Source of the DNA: Eledone cirrhosa
Lineage: Eukaryota
Direction of reading: 5' to 3'
DNA length: 64,000 nt
Assembly: GCA_964016885.1 (NCBI GenBank)
Contig: OZ024742.1
Span: 108,438,001 to 108,502,000, forward strand
Shown here in pieces: positions 50,770 through 63,908 of the stretch; position 1 is the first letter of the stretch; the number at the start of each line of letters is the position of its first letter. The notes beneath the pieces were generated by a model. The model ran no database searches, had not been told where the DNA came from, and saw only the letters and a list, made by a program, of their open reading frames with translations. The position numbers and the translations under genes were made by a program.

Positions 50770-51530
50770 ATAATACATTATAAAGAAAGAAGAAACATTA
50801 GACATAAATAAAAAATATATATAAATACCCAATATTCCTCTACATTCTCGACTACGCAGTTTCGTGGCTACTTTGCGAAAAACATTACAGGCGTGAGAGA
50901 ATTACCCGGAAAGGCGGAGGGGGAACTTATCACGCGATACAGCGGTCAAGAAACAGAGTTAAGCCTCATACAACCAAGAGGTAAATACCACAAATGGAGG
51001 GGGCATTAATAGCTAGCACCACACAAATTCAGAGATATATGTGTGTATATGCATGTATATGTATGTATTCGCATGTATCTGTGTATTTCTTTTTATTGTC
51101 TATAACTCCCTACGGTAGAGTAACCACTGGTATAGTGACTGCTGTCAAGCTTACACTATTTACACTTCTAGCCCTCCTTAGCCACCTCGTCTGTAGCCTA
51201 GATATTAATACCCCCTCCGTCATTTGTGGTTTTATTCTCTTGGTTGTAAGAGGCTTAACTCTGTTTCTTGACCGCTGTATCACGTGATAAGTTCCCCCTC
51301 CGCCTTTCCGGGATTCTCTCTCACGCCTTGCGGACGTGTTTTGAAACTTTAAATGAGGTATTCACTTGATAAGTTGGCAAACCTCACAAAAATACTGCAT
51401 CTCTATGATGTAATGTTTTTGCAAAGTAGCCACGAAACTGCGCAGTCGAGTATGTAGATGAATATTGGGTATTTATATATTATTATTTATTTATGTCTAA
51501 TGTTTCTTCTTTCTTTATAATGTATTATAT
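50770..51530. mobile_element. PLE-type pLTR inverted repeat with degenerate hammerhead (about 51400-51450, +)
   Basis: 50770-51016 is inverted to 51198-51530 apart from one indel; CAC-GAAA-CTGCGCAG-TC-GAG with a damaged CTC-TATGA core. Confidence 0.65.
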
Positions 51531-51687
51531 TGCTCTGATATTGAGTCAATCTAATTCATTCAGATTATTTTGTCCCTATTAATCATAGAGCAACAACGGT
51601 TAAGGTTGGCACCACACAAATTCAGAGATATATGTGTGTATATGCATGTATATGTATGTATTCGCATGTATCTGTGTATTTCTTTTT

Positions 51688-51722
<35 letters not shown>

Positions 51723-52165
51723 ATACTTGGGGAGGGTCATATTGTTGTAATAATATTGCCAGAATTAATAACAGAACACACTCACTGTATGTGTATATAT
51801 ATGTGTGTAATATATATGTTTGTATGTATGTACTTATTTGTGTATATGTTTTTTGCTGTACATATGTGTGTGTATATACGTATGTATATGTGTATATGTA
51901 TGTATGTATATATATATATATATATATTTTTTTTTTGTGTAATTGCTTACCACGTGTGTTTGTTTATTTTTATTTGTTTTTCCCTCTCTCGTATCGTTGT
52001 CAAAGTGCTATTTTTTCATTTTTTATTTTTATATTTGACTTTAATTATATTTTGCTTTTATTTATTTATTTATTATTATGACTTCATGTATATGTGTTTG
52101 TCTATGGCTGTTGATGTGACAGCATATTATTTTTTTATGTGTGTGTATATATATATATATGTATA

Positions 52166-52209
<44 letters not shown>

Positions 52210-52211
52210 TG

Positions 52212-52343
<132 letters not shown>

Positions 52344-52446
52344 ATACTTATTATCTATAAGCTTTTTTCTTCTTCCCTCAGCCTCACTTTCATATTTCTT
52401 ATATTGTTCTTTTAAAATCCCCTTTCAATAAAAACACCAGGATTTT

Positions 52447-52506
52447 TTTCATTCTGATGACTGAAAGCAGATTTGTTTGCTTTCAAGAAACCACTGGTAA
52501 ATGAAA
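52447..52506 (+). ncRNA. type I hammerhead ribozyme
   Basis: TTTCATT-CTGATGA-C-TGAAAGCA(GATTTGTT)TGCTTTCA-A-GAAA-CC(ACT)GG-TA-AATGAAA. Confidence 0.8.
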
Positions 52507-52710
52507 TAACTATCTTATGATGTTTATTACATAACTAATAAGCTCTGTAACCTACATAGAGCACTCTTTTTCCTGTACCTTTCCGACGGAATTACTTTAT
52601 TTATATATATATATATATAAATACTTACACATACACCCGAACTACTGACCAAATAATGTTTGGTATCAATGGGTTCAAGACATCTGTCAAATCAATTAGT
52701 GGTGAAGGTA

Positions 52711-52757
<47 letters not shown>

Positions 52758-52760
<3 letters not shown>

Positions 52761-52886
52761 CGAAGGAGTTGTGGTAAGGAACCAGGTGGACCATAGCACA
52801 CTCAATAGTTAGGGTAGTAGAGTGGGTAATAGGAAAATGTATGACCCCGTCGAAACGGCTTGAACTCTGCCGTCGAGGTCATACAT

Positions 52887-52892
<6 letters not shown>
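52758..52892 (-). mobile_element. family C pLTR end with short fold-back, in (TA)n
   Basis: AACGAAGGA...ACCAGGTGGACCATA...GAGTGGGTAATAGGAAAATGTATGACC / GGTCATACATTTTC. Confidence 0.75.
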
Positions 52893-52942
<50 letters not shown>

Positions 52943-53074
52943 AGAAGCAAAAGATTGCTTATTGTGATCCAGTTCTTAGTTAAGAAAGCCAGTTTCATGG
53001 ATGGTTTCAACGTACGGTTAGGGGTAACTCCACAAGTTTGTAAGAATTCCGTTCAATCTTGGAGTATAAAGTAT

Positions 53075-54112
53075 AAAAGAGAAAACACAGGTAAGCATTA
53101 ACAGAAGGATTTTATCCAGGTATTTATGACTGCAAATAGCAGCCACTCAATTATAATTGTTGTTCACAGTCCAAATTTTCAAAATAGTGAGTAAGTTACT
53201 CTTGAAATAATTCTTAATATATAGAGAAAAACATTTATTTCGAATTGTATTTACTAGTATAGAGAGAGGAATCAGAAGGTGAGGGGACAAACGGAATAGT
53301 ATAGAGAGAGGGGAAGGGAAAGAGGTAGGAAGTAGAGTGACAAACTGAGATGGAGGGAGAAGTAGAGGTGGAAGGATTCCTTGGTCAGTTTTGATAGCAG
53401 ACTTCATGTTGTGGAATGTAGTGAGTCAAAGAGAATTAAATTGATCATAGTGGGAGGGATGGATAGAGAGGGAGAGAGAGAAGGGGGAGATATAAAGAGA
53501 TAAATATATATATATATATATATAAAATAAAGATAAAGATAATAATGATAAAATTAAAAGCAAAGAAGGGGGTGAGAAAGAAGAAAAGAAAAGATAGCCA
53601 ATACGGGGAGGGAATGAAGGAAGAAAACGAAGAAATAGAAGAGGAATGAGGGAGAAGAGGGGGATATAGGTATTGGTTTTGTGGGTAATTAAAAGGGTTT
53701 AGATACAACAAGATGGTATAAAGTCTGAGTATATGCAGTTTGTTAGTTGGTAGTAAGAGGTTAAGGGTTCGATTTGTAGTGCGAAAACTTCTCTTTGAGT
53801 CTATGGTTACAATAAATTGAACTTTCGATTTTATTGTTGAGTAACTTATTCTTCAAACTCAAGATGTGGAACAGCTCAAGGTCGCATAATCGACAGCTTC
53901 TCATACCACTCCGATATGGTGGCGCGTTCGATAATTTTTTCCACTTCAGGGTGTATTGATGGTTACTTTCTCTCAGTTGCCAGGTCTTGTTTGCAAGGGT
54001 AGTTACATAATGGCTGCTATTTGCAGTATAGCAATATAAGGTTGCACTTACCAATGAAACGGTCGTAAATACCTGGATAAAATCCTTCTCTTAATGCTTA
54101 CCTGTGTTTTCT

Positions 54113-54115
<3 letters not shown>
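53075..54115 (-). mobile_element. 5'-truncated PLE: GIY-YIG tail (53761-54005) with inverted pLTR pieces
   Basis: TTLANKTWQL...YTLKWK...CRLCDLE...LLNNK.E....CNHR; 53077-53130 is inverted to 54062-54115. Confidence 0.8.
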
Positions 54116-54159
<44 letters not shown>

Positions 54160-54163
<4 letters not shown>

Positions 54164-54276
54164 GAAAGACGTAAAATAAGAAAATTTTAAAATTTAAAAT
54201 TAACTTACTTACTAAAATTTTAGTAAGTAAGTTAATTTTTAATTTTTAAAATTTTCTTATTTTACGTCTTTCATAT
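54160..54276. repeat. AT-rich near-perfect palindrome next to (TA)n
   Basis: ATATGAAAGACGTAAAATAAG...ACTTACTAAAATTTTAGTAAGT...CTTATTTTACGTCTTTCATAT. Confidence 0.9.
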
Positions 54277-54435
54277 AATTGTTCTGCATCCTCCTGCTTT
54301 GAACCACCTAGGTACTATGACATAACTTATGTATTTGCTAGCATTAGTGTACATCTGTACGCATATGTTCGTAAATATACTAATTCTCTCTCTCTATATA
54401 TATATATATATAATATATATATATATAATATATAT

Positions 54436-54496
<61 letters not shown>

Positions 54497-54542
54497 TATA
54501 TATACATAATATATATATGTATGTATATATATATATATATAA

Positions 54543-54618
<76 letters not shown>

Positions 54619-54760
54619 CATATATATATATATAGACTGTATATATATATATATATATATTTATATACATATAATCAAAAGTTTAACAAGGTTCATTGAT
54701 TAATCAATGAATAAAGTTTTACAATAGATTAGAAGCACTCAACGATGGTTTTCTGGAGTT

Positions 54761-55077
54761 ATTACTTCAAAATATTAATAAATATAGACATTCATGTGAT
54801 CAAATATATTTTATTATATATATTTGAGAGGTACTGAGCTATTTCATCAGTACGTCCTCATCAGATAAAATAAATTGATATCTGACATACCTCAACTGTG
54901 CTGATGGTTCAATACTGCCAAGACTGAAATTGAACCATCAGCGCAGTTGAGGTATATCAGACATCAATTTATTTTATCTGATGAGGACGTACTGATGAAA
55001 TAGCTCAGTACCTCTGAAATATGTATAATAAAATATATTTGATCACATGAATGTCTATATTTATTAATATTTTGAAG

Positions 55078-55081
<4 letters not shown>
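54761..55081. repeat. fold-back of family E pLTR with two opposed hammerheads
   Basis: arms of about 155 bp; the minus copy at about 54808-54871 has GAAA mutated to CAAA. Confidence 0.88.
54971..55034 (+). ncRNA. type I hammerhead ribozyme (family E)
   Basis: ATTTTAT-CTGATGA-GGACGTACTGA(TGAAATAGC)TCAGTACCTCT-GAAA-TATGTA-TA-ATAAAAT. Confidence 0.85.
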
Positions 55082-55118
<37 letters not shown>

Positions 55119-55168
55119 CGCACATACATATATATACATATAATATATATGTATGTATATGTATGTGT

Positions 55169-55381
55169 GGTCATTATTGAAAGTCTCTGGATGTCGCAAA
55201 ATACTTAATATTTTTTTATTGGAGAAGTTAAGATATTTTTCTGCAAAATTTTGATTTCCACTTATGTATTTTTTGAAAATGTTATTTATTCATCATAATA
55301 ATTAAATGATAGCATTCTTCATCGCCTAGTAGGGCCTCCTTCATCGCCTAGCAAACAATATTTTTAGACCCAGTCCGCCAC

Positions 55382-55385
<4 letters not shown>
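55169..55385. repeat. dispersed repeat of about 220 bp, second copy at 61202-61425
   Basis: GGTCATTATTGAAAGTCTCTGGAT...CAATATTTTTAG...AGTCCGCCAC in both, each followed by (TA)n. Confidence 0.75.
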
Positions 55386-55457
<72 letters not shown>

Positions 55458-55687
55458 ATGCCAATCATTGTAAGTTTGAATGTAACTGACATGCAAAAAC
55501 ATATATATATATATGAATAAAGTAAGCCCAAACATAGTAGATTCAAATATCACAGAGAGAAAGAGAGAGAGAGAGGGGGGGATGAGGTGCAAAAGAAATT
55601 AAACATGGATTACAGATTAAAATATAGTCTAGATAGATGCGAAACAAAACGAGGATGTAGTTTATGGAACACCCAAATGATTTAGAA

Positions 55688-56103
55688 GTCGACCTTAAGT
55701 AGGAGCAATAACATTAAGAAAGACATGAACGACACCACATAATTTTGTTTTGAAAATTTTGAAAGTAGGTTTATAAGTATGAATTTTCATGAGATGTTCG
55801 TAGTTGTCTCTGTGGCCTAACGGTGGGTACTAGGGACGGTGAAAAACCTAGCTTTGCGTTCAATCCTGGTCAGGAGGTATATTTTTCAGTTTTTATTTTA
55901 CATCCCATAGAAAAAGAACTGAAAAGGTTTACCGGGAACCCTACTCCTGACTTGGATCGAACTTCAGACCGTCTATGAATCATCCAACTAAGCTGCCGAG
56001 ACAGCTACAAAAGTTTAATGAAAATTAATAATTATAAACCTACTTTCAAAATCAAAGTTACAAAGATGTGGTGTCGTTGATGGATTTCCTATTTAGGGTC
56101 GAC
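55688..56103. mobile_element. palindromic element containing two convergent tRNA-like sequences
   Basis: arms AACGACACCACAT...TTTTGAAAGTAGGTTTATAA / TTATAAACCTACTTTCAAAA...ATGTGGTGTCGTT; left GTGGCCTAACGGT...GCGTTCAATCC followed by T-runs; right reverse complement GCAGCTTAGTTGG...AAGTTCGATCC. Confidence 0.65.
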
Positions 56104-56194
56104 TTGTCAATCTTCTGGCTCTTTGGTAACAACCTTGTTATTCCTATGCATGTTTAATTGTTGAATTAATTTAATTTGATTATTTTAACAAGCA

Positions 56195-56266
<72 letters not shown>

Positions 56267-56269
<3 letters not shown>

Positions 56270-56640
56270 TGTATATATAGTGTATTTTGCAATACACTGT
56301 ATGCTTAATTAAAAGCATTTCGAAGACCTTATGTTATTGTTTTAGAGTAGTGACAGTCTCACTTACTTTAAATTTTCACCAAACAGGGGGAGATAAAGCT
56401 GACAGAGCTATGTTTCGTACTGATTGGTACTTATCAAAGCCAAGTACCCCACCTGTTTGCTGAAAATCATGAATGTTTGATTCTTATAGAATTTCTAGTA
56501 ATAATCAGGAACTGATTATACAGAGCGGTTGCCGGTCAAGCAGAAATTAAAAATTAGAATTGGCGCTCTGAAATAGCTATATATATATATGAATGTATAT
56601 ACAGTGTATTTTGCAATACACTGTATGCTTAATTAAAAGC
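56267..56640 (-). mobile_element. retrozyme-like element: 324-bp unit plus 50-bp terminal redundancy, abutting (TA)n
   Basis: GAATGTATATA(T/C)AGTGTATTTTGCAATACACTG at 56267 and 56591. Confidence 0.85.
56398..56440 (-). ncRNA. hammerhead ribozyme with U3-A8 variant core
   Basis: GCT-TTGATAA-GTAC(CAATCA)GTAC-GAAA-CA(TAGCTC)TG-TC-AGC. Confidence 0.78.
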
Positions 56641-56786
56641 TGGAATCAGTTGCACATTCTACTAATTCTAAGGCTTAGTGTATTCATTCATACATGGAAA
56701 CATACATAGACACACACACGCAAGCATATATATATATATATAAGTATGTACACGTACATACATATATTTATACAGACGTACAGTAG

Positions 56787-56850
<64 letters not shown>

Positions 56851-56852
<2 letters not shown>

Positions 56853-57046
56853 AAAATGTTAAAGACCCCGACGGCAGAGCTCAAGCCGTTTCGACGGCTA
56901 TTTCTGGTCCAGAAATAGCCGTCGAAACGGCTTGAGCTCTGCCGTCGGGGTCTTGAATATTTTCCTATTACCCACTCTACTACCCAAAAGTATCGAGTAC
57001 TCTGGTGCGTTATGGTCCACCTGGTTTCTTACTACACTTCCTTCGT
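56851..57046 (+). mobile_element. family C pLTR end as a fold-back, in (TA)n
   Basis: palindrome centred at about 56908, GACGGCTATTTCTGGTCCAGAAATAGCCGTC-GAAA-CGGC...GCCG-TC-GGGG. Confidence 0.8.
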
Positions 57047-57138
<92 letters not shown>

Positions 57139-57320
57139 TGCATAGACGGTTGTCCCCCTCGCTTCAGCTGGACACCACCAGAGAGAGTTAGCCCCGGCGT
57201 TTGCATAGCTACGGCTTCCTAAATATCGTGTTTCTTTAGAAATACAAAATTCCTAAACATATCTGAATACAGCTATGCTTGAAGCTAAATCCTATTTCTA
57301 TACACACACACGCACGCACG

Positions 57321-57395
<75 letters not shown>

Positions 57396-57411
57396 CACAC
57401 ACACACACGCG

Positions 57412-57443
<32 letters not shown>

Positions 57444-57459
57444 CACACACGCTCGCGCT

Positions 57460-57542
<83 letters not shown>

Positions 57543-57577
57543 GCACACACACACACGCACACACACGCGCGCGCTCG

Positions 57578-57644
<67 letters not shown>

Positions 57645-57746
57645 GAGGAAAAATAGTTGATGACACCCGTACTTTCAAATATTCGATCGCTGAAGAGAAG
57701 AAAAAAGCCTCAGAGGTACAATAACATTTCATTAATTTCCCCATTA

Positions 57747-57934
57747 GGCGGTAGATTGGCAGTATCGTTAGAGAGTCGGACGCCATGCTTTCGAGCATAG
57801 TTACGTCCCTTTACGGTCTGAGTTCAAATCCCACCTAAGTTAACTCTGCCTTTCATCCTTACGGGGTCGATAAAATAATGTACCAGTAATGTATTGGGTA
57901 ATTGCTGGCCTTGTGCCAAAAGAAGAAACAATTA
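57747..57934 (+). mobile_element. tRNA-derived SINE
   Basis: same family as 22249. Confidence 0.9.
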
Positions 57935-58201
57935 AGCTCCCCTTCCCCCACACCAATGTATATATGAACTTAAATACTTGAGTAGATGTATCTGTAGGTA
58001 TACAGATATATGTGTACATGTTTATGTGTATGTGTGCATATGTGTGTGTGTATATATATATGTGTGTATATATGCACATGCGTATGTGTGAGATAGATAT
58101 GTGTATGTATATGTATGTGGGTGCGTGTTTATATGTATGTGTGGATATATGTATAATATATTTATATGTATACATTTGTAGTATATATATATGTATATTT
58201 A

Positions 58202-58233
<32 letters not shown>

Positions 58234-58417
58234 GTGGTATAAAATGTGTATATATAGAATATATATATATGTGTATGTATGTATGTATGTGTGGAATATA
58301 TGTATGCGTATATGTATGTGTATATGTATGTGTATATGTATGTGATATGTATGTGTATATGTATGTGTGTATGTATATATGTGTGTGCGTGTATATATGT
58401 GTGTATGTATGTATAAC

Positions 58418-58447
<30 letters not shown>

Positions 58448-58451
<4 letters not shown>

Positions 58452-58645
58452 TCATCATCATCATCACCATTTTACGTCCGCTTTTCCCTGCTTGCAAGGG
58501 TTGGACGGGTCCTATTCAGTACAGCATCTCTCCACCCGTCACGTTCCATCGTCATCTCCTCCGTGAGTTTCAGTGATCTGAAGTCTGCTCTCACCACCTC
58601 CGCCCATGTTTTTCGTGGTCTACCTCTACTGCGTCTTCCCTCCAT
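58448..58645 (-). mobile_element. LINE 3' end (RTE-like) with (GAT)n tail
   Basis: EGRRSRGRPRKTWAEVVRADF...ERDGWRDAV followed by (GAT)n. Confidence 0.75.
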
Positions 58646-58776
58646 GTGTATATATGTGGGAAATATATATATATGTATGTAGGATATGTATAGTTTATAT
58701 ATAGGATGTATATGATATATGTGTGGGATATATGTGTGGTATATGTATAGGATATATATAGTGTGCATATAAAATG

Positions 58777-58815
<39 letters not shown>

Positions 58816-59117
58816 AATGAATAATAACAGGTAGACATCATAAAAGGGTAATTTATTCTGTGTGCTTACAAATGTTTCCACGGTGGTTATACAGCCTAGT
58901 TATGCTATGTGCAAATTTATAACTATTTGCAAAACTCAATTATCAAATGCTGTGACCACTGTATCATCCGAGCAGAATGGTTAGAATGTAAAATGTAAAT
59001 ACCCTTTAAGTGAGGTTTTGGGGAAGATAGAGTAGAAAAGGAAGAGAGAAAGAAGGGGAGAGGGAGAGAGAGAGAGAGAGAGTGATATGCAGGGGTTGGA
59101 GAAATGGGAGAGAGTTA

Positions 59118-59200
59118 GTTACCAAGCCAGTGACCTGCGCCGAGTCACTAGATCTCATAGTTATGTCAAAGTTGTTATGGGTATACTTGCGGGTCCATAA
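59118..59200 (-). pseudogene. small PLE RT fragment
   Basis: LWTRK...NNFDITMRSSDSAQVTGLV, matching motif B of the family A ORFs. Confidence 0.7.
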
Positions 59201-59552
59201 TTGATCTTTGCATCGTTTGCATCGTGCCAGCACCGCTTCCGACACTCATTCCAAAGCTTTAAACCTAGTATATAACAATGTCAGATTTGAACTCATCTCC
59301 ACCATTAGCACTTCACCTCTAAGACTTACCTTCCACCGCTGCATCACACTCTTTGATCCACCCTTTCCTCTACACAAATCATTTTTATCTATAACTTTAT
59401 ACTCTAGAAATATTCTTATAGTCACCACAGATTACTTATAATAAATATAGTGATTGAAATATATATATATACAACATACAATATATATAAACTTTAAACG
59501 TTAAATGTAACAATGAATTATATATACATTTATAATTAAATGTATAAATTAA

Positions 59553-59742
59553 TAATTGTTTCTACTTTTAGCACAAGGCCAGCAATTACCCAGTACATTA
59601 CTGGTACTTTATTTTATCGACCCCGTAAGGATGAAAGGCAAAGTTAACCTCGGCGGGATTTGAACTCAGAATGGCAAGGGCAGTAACTCTATGCGTCAAA
59701 GCATGGCGTCCAACTCGCTACCGATACTGCCAATTCACCGCC
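59553..59742 (-). mobile_element. tRNA-derived SINE (first of a tandem pair)
   Basis: full-length reverse copy flanked by ATGTATAAATTAATAA. Confidence 0.92.
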
Positions 59743-59758
59743 CGTATGTATAAATTAA

Positions 59759-59946
59759 TAATTGTTTCTACTTTTGGCACAAGGCCATCAATTACCCAGT
59801 ACATTACTGGTACTTTATTTTATCGACCCCGTAAGGATGAAAGGCAAAGTTAACCTCGGCGGGATTTGAACTCAGACCGCAAAGGGACGTAACTATGCTG
59901 GAAAGCATGGCATCCGACTCTCTACCGATACTGCCAATCCACCGCC
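59759..59946 (-). mobile_element. tRNA-derived SINE (second of the pair, different subfamily)
   Basis: full-length reverse copy with the same flanking repeat. Confidence 0.92.
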
Positions 59947-60171
59947 CTTATGTATAAATTAATAATAACATTGTATATAAAGGATTAATTTATTAACATA
60001 AGGGATTTATCTAATTTAAATGTAATATGGAACAATGAATTATATATACATTTATAATTAGATGTATAAATTAATAACATTGTATATAAAGAATTATTTT
60101 ATTTACTCAAGAGATGTATCTAATTTATCATGCAAACAGCTATACGTTATTCCATATCTTACCAAATATTG

Positions 60172-60405
60172 GGTAGACAACAATCTAATGAAACATTTAA
60201 TATATTATGAGAGAGTAGACTGTATTTAAAATTAAATATAAATATATAACATTTGTTATATGGAATTCAATTATGGCACTATATAATATTGTGTAGACAA
60301 CAATCCAATGAAACCTTTAATATATTGAGAGAGTAGACTGTATTTAAAATTAAATATAAATATATAACTTTTTATATAAGGGATTCAATTGAGGCACTAT
60401 ATAAT
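60172..60405. repeat. tandem duplication of about 120 bp
   Basis: GTAGACAACAATC(T/C)AATGAAAC...GAGAGTAGACTGTATTTAAAATT...GGCACTATATAAT occurs twice. Confidence 0.85.
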
Positions 60406-61134
60406 GTCTATTAGAGGAAGGAATTTAATTATTATAATGAGCTAGTTACCTCCCCTTACGCATTAGCTCCCCTTAATTCCATATCCACTTCCGGATATTA
60501 AACCGTTGAAAATTCTCGCAGTTAAATAACTCTAATCCATAAATATGGATTAAATAACACTATATCAAACATTCAATACAAATATATCTTAACTTATGTA
60601 ATGGATGTGAAATCTGTAACTTTCATATTCTACACACTATACAGAAAATATCCTCGCATCGCATCCACCATCACTAACATATTCGCTTAAAGTGCTTGTA
60701 TTTTATGCAATACCCTGCCATACAGTACTCATATATGCATGATACATTTGCTTGTTCCTTTATATATGACTAACGCATGTACTATCTCTCTCTCTAATTT
60801 AATGATTAGACTATTCTCTTGTGTTATCTGTATTATCTGACACATGTATTCCACCCTATCCTTTTAATTTTAATTTTAATTTTAATTTTAATCTTAATTT
60901 GAATTATTGTACAATTCTCGTATAATATAATATATGTCGCATCCATTCCACACTGTAAACATGAAACTGTTGTCCACAACATCAATATATCTGTATCTGT
61001 ATGATTCTTCAGTAGAATAGGAGGTTAATTATATGTACAGACATTGATAATGCTCCGAGAACCCCAAGCCTAAGTTTGGAAGAAACAATTGTCAGCGATT
61101 AAATGTTTTAAACATAACTTTGATTCTTGTGTAT

Positions 61135-61179
<45 letters not shown>

Positions 61180-61424
61180 TGAGTGAGTGTAAAAGACCAA
61201 AGGTCATTATTGAAAGTCTCTGGATTTCGCAAAATACATAATATTTTTATTGGAGAAGGTAAGATATTTTTCTACAAAACTTTGATTGCACTATTTTGTT
61301 TCCACTTATGCACTTTTTGAAAATCTTATTTATTCATTATAAAAATTAAATGATAGCAATCTATATGTAGGTGCCCCCCCCCCCTTCATCTCTTGGCAAC
61401 CAATATTTTTAGTCCGCCACCGTG

Positions 61425-61563
<139 letters not shown>

Positions 61564-62499
61564 GTGTAAACTTGCACCATGTTATCCATCAAAATCTAGA
61601 TCTCACATATATTTTCCAATGTTCAGTTTCTCACAAATACCATTTTGTTTTCATGTGTCCCCTGAGTGTATTTAAAATTTTACCAATTTAAGTAATTTTA
61701 GGTTCCGCAAAATTTTCTGATAACGAGTATTATACACCCTCTCCTTTTAGTTCAATATTTCTCGTATTGTGCATCAGAAAATATGATACATCATTTTCAA
61801 CGGCAGCTCCTCTTTATATATAATGATTTCAACAACATTATTTTGAAGTCGACATTTGGCAAAACTTCAATATCTATATTTGGGAAACACAAAGGTAAAA
61901 AGACCTAGATTGTAAATAAATTTCAAGAGTGAAGAGGAATCTACCAATATAGGGATATCATTTCCACGTGACGATATACCTGTAATTAGAAAACATCACA
62001 TTATAATGCTTTCGTCTGTATGTCTTTGAAAGTGAAAGGATGTTACTTTGTCAGTAGACGTATATCAAGTTCAGTTTATATGGGCATGCGCCAGATGTGT
62101 GTATTTGTGTACATGTGCATGTCAGTATGTGTGTATTTTGTGTGTGTATCAGTCGTAGTATATACGTGGGGGGGGGGTCTGTGCGGTTTATGTGTTTGCT
62201 ATGTGGTATGTGCGTATATGCCTGCATGCGTGTGATGTGCGGTTTCTACAAGTGATTGGTGGTGTTGCTCAGTGAGTGGGTATGTGTGTGTATGTGCGTA
62301 TGTGCATGTGCGCGACCTTGCGTGAGTGTGTCTACGCAGTTGAGATATGTTGGAGTTGATTGAGAGCGTATGCTAGAAGACCGGGTAACTATTGAAAAAT
62401 GGTACAACGAGAGATAACATTTCTATAGTCGTGTTGATTTCAGAAATAGTAGAGAGAGAAAAAGTATGTTGGTTGAATGAAAATCTGTAGTGTTTTGAC

Positions 62500-62777
62500 C
62501 AGTCATGGGCAACCTGCGGCCCGCGAAGCTTTTTGAATGGCTCGCCTAAGTCACCTAAGTAAAATCCTTCTGAATTTTTTACCCTAACTTTTCGGTCATA
62601 ATTTATCTTTCTATCATTTTTACGACCGAGGAAAGTAACGTGTACGAATTCTGAAGAAACAAATTAAAACAACCTGAGAACCGCTCTTTTTTTAATGTGG
62701 GCACGAATGTAAATTAGCGCCTGATGCTGAACCATATCTCATGAGGCCCGCTTTTCGAAAAAGGTTGCCCATGCCTT
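62500..62777. mobile_element. hAT-type MITE (same family as 17837)
   Basis: TIRs CAGTCATGGGCAACCT/AGGTTGCCCATGCCTT; flanks GTTTTGAC/GTCTAGAC. Confidence 0.85.
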
Positions 62778-62785
62778 GTCTAGAC

Positions 62786-63049
62786 CATGGCCGGATTTAA
62801 TGGTGGGCAAAGGGAGCGATTGCCCTGGACCCCTGCAGTGGGGGCATCAGCGACGGCCGTAGCAATTTATTTGTGCCCTCAGTTGGGCATTTTAGTTTTA
62901 GGGTGATTAGAATTTTTGAATTTAATACCTGTATTTATAACTTTTCAATTCCTATTACTTGCTCCAAGCTATATTTGTTAATTAAAATTGGGGTATTTAC
63001 TTCTAAAGCTGAAGTGCCCTGGGCGCCCCAAGGTCAAAATCCAACCCTA
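62786..63049. mobile_element. second hAT-type MITE family
   Basis: TIRs CATGGCCGGATTT / AAATCCAACCCTA; TSD GTCTAGAC/GTCTAGGC. Confidence 0.7.
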
Positions 63050-63412
63050 GTCTAGGCTCTAGTTGAAGGAAGATAAAACGAACGGGTGGGTGGTGGATGG
63101 GTGTTCGTCTGTCACTATAGTGTGCTATATATAATTTATCGTTACACTAGGATTAGGTGTGCATGTGTTAGTGGTGGTGGTGGAAGAAGTGGTGAAGGTG
63201 GTTAGCGGAAATCGATAAACTAGACTTTGGAGAGTTCAGACTGAGGTGAGGTGTGTGTGTGTGAGGGATGTCTCCTCCTTCATGTGTGTGTGTGTTAGTT
63301 TTATCTTAAAAGGGTTGTGCGTGTGCTTTTGCTCTTTTGGGGTGTGTGTGGATGCGTGCGTATGTGTTGGAGTGGTGTATACTTTATCCGTGAGGGTTTG
63401 AGTGCTTGAGAG

Positions 63413-63457
<45 letters not shown>

Positions 63458-63477
63458 TCATATATATATATATATAC

Positions 63478-63583
<106 letters not shown>

Positions 63584-63865
63584 ATATATATATATATACG
63601 CGATAACAGATTATTGTTATAGGTAGTCCACTTAGGTGTAGTCCAGTTAGGGATGTAATCCAGCAAAGTGATTAAAAACCTTTTTTTGTATAGCAAACTG
63701 TGTCACTCTTCTTTCTTGATATATATATATATATAGGATAGGATAAGGATATATATATATATAATTGTACAAAATAATAGTATAGAATGAAATATAGTGA
63801 TACATGTAAACATGTTTATCTTCAATGCCTACATCATTATTACTCTGAAATTATTTTCGTTTCAG

Positions 63866-63908
63866 CATTCAAATTCTGATCATATATTTTACCGAGAACA
63901 TACAACGA
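63866..63908 (+). other. candidate 43-bp host exon (HSNSDHIFYREHTT in frame 0)
   Basis: acceptor TTATTTTCGTTTCAG and consensus donor GTAAGT in unique sequence. Confidence 0.4.
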
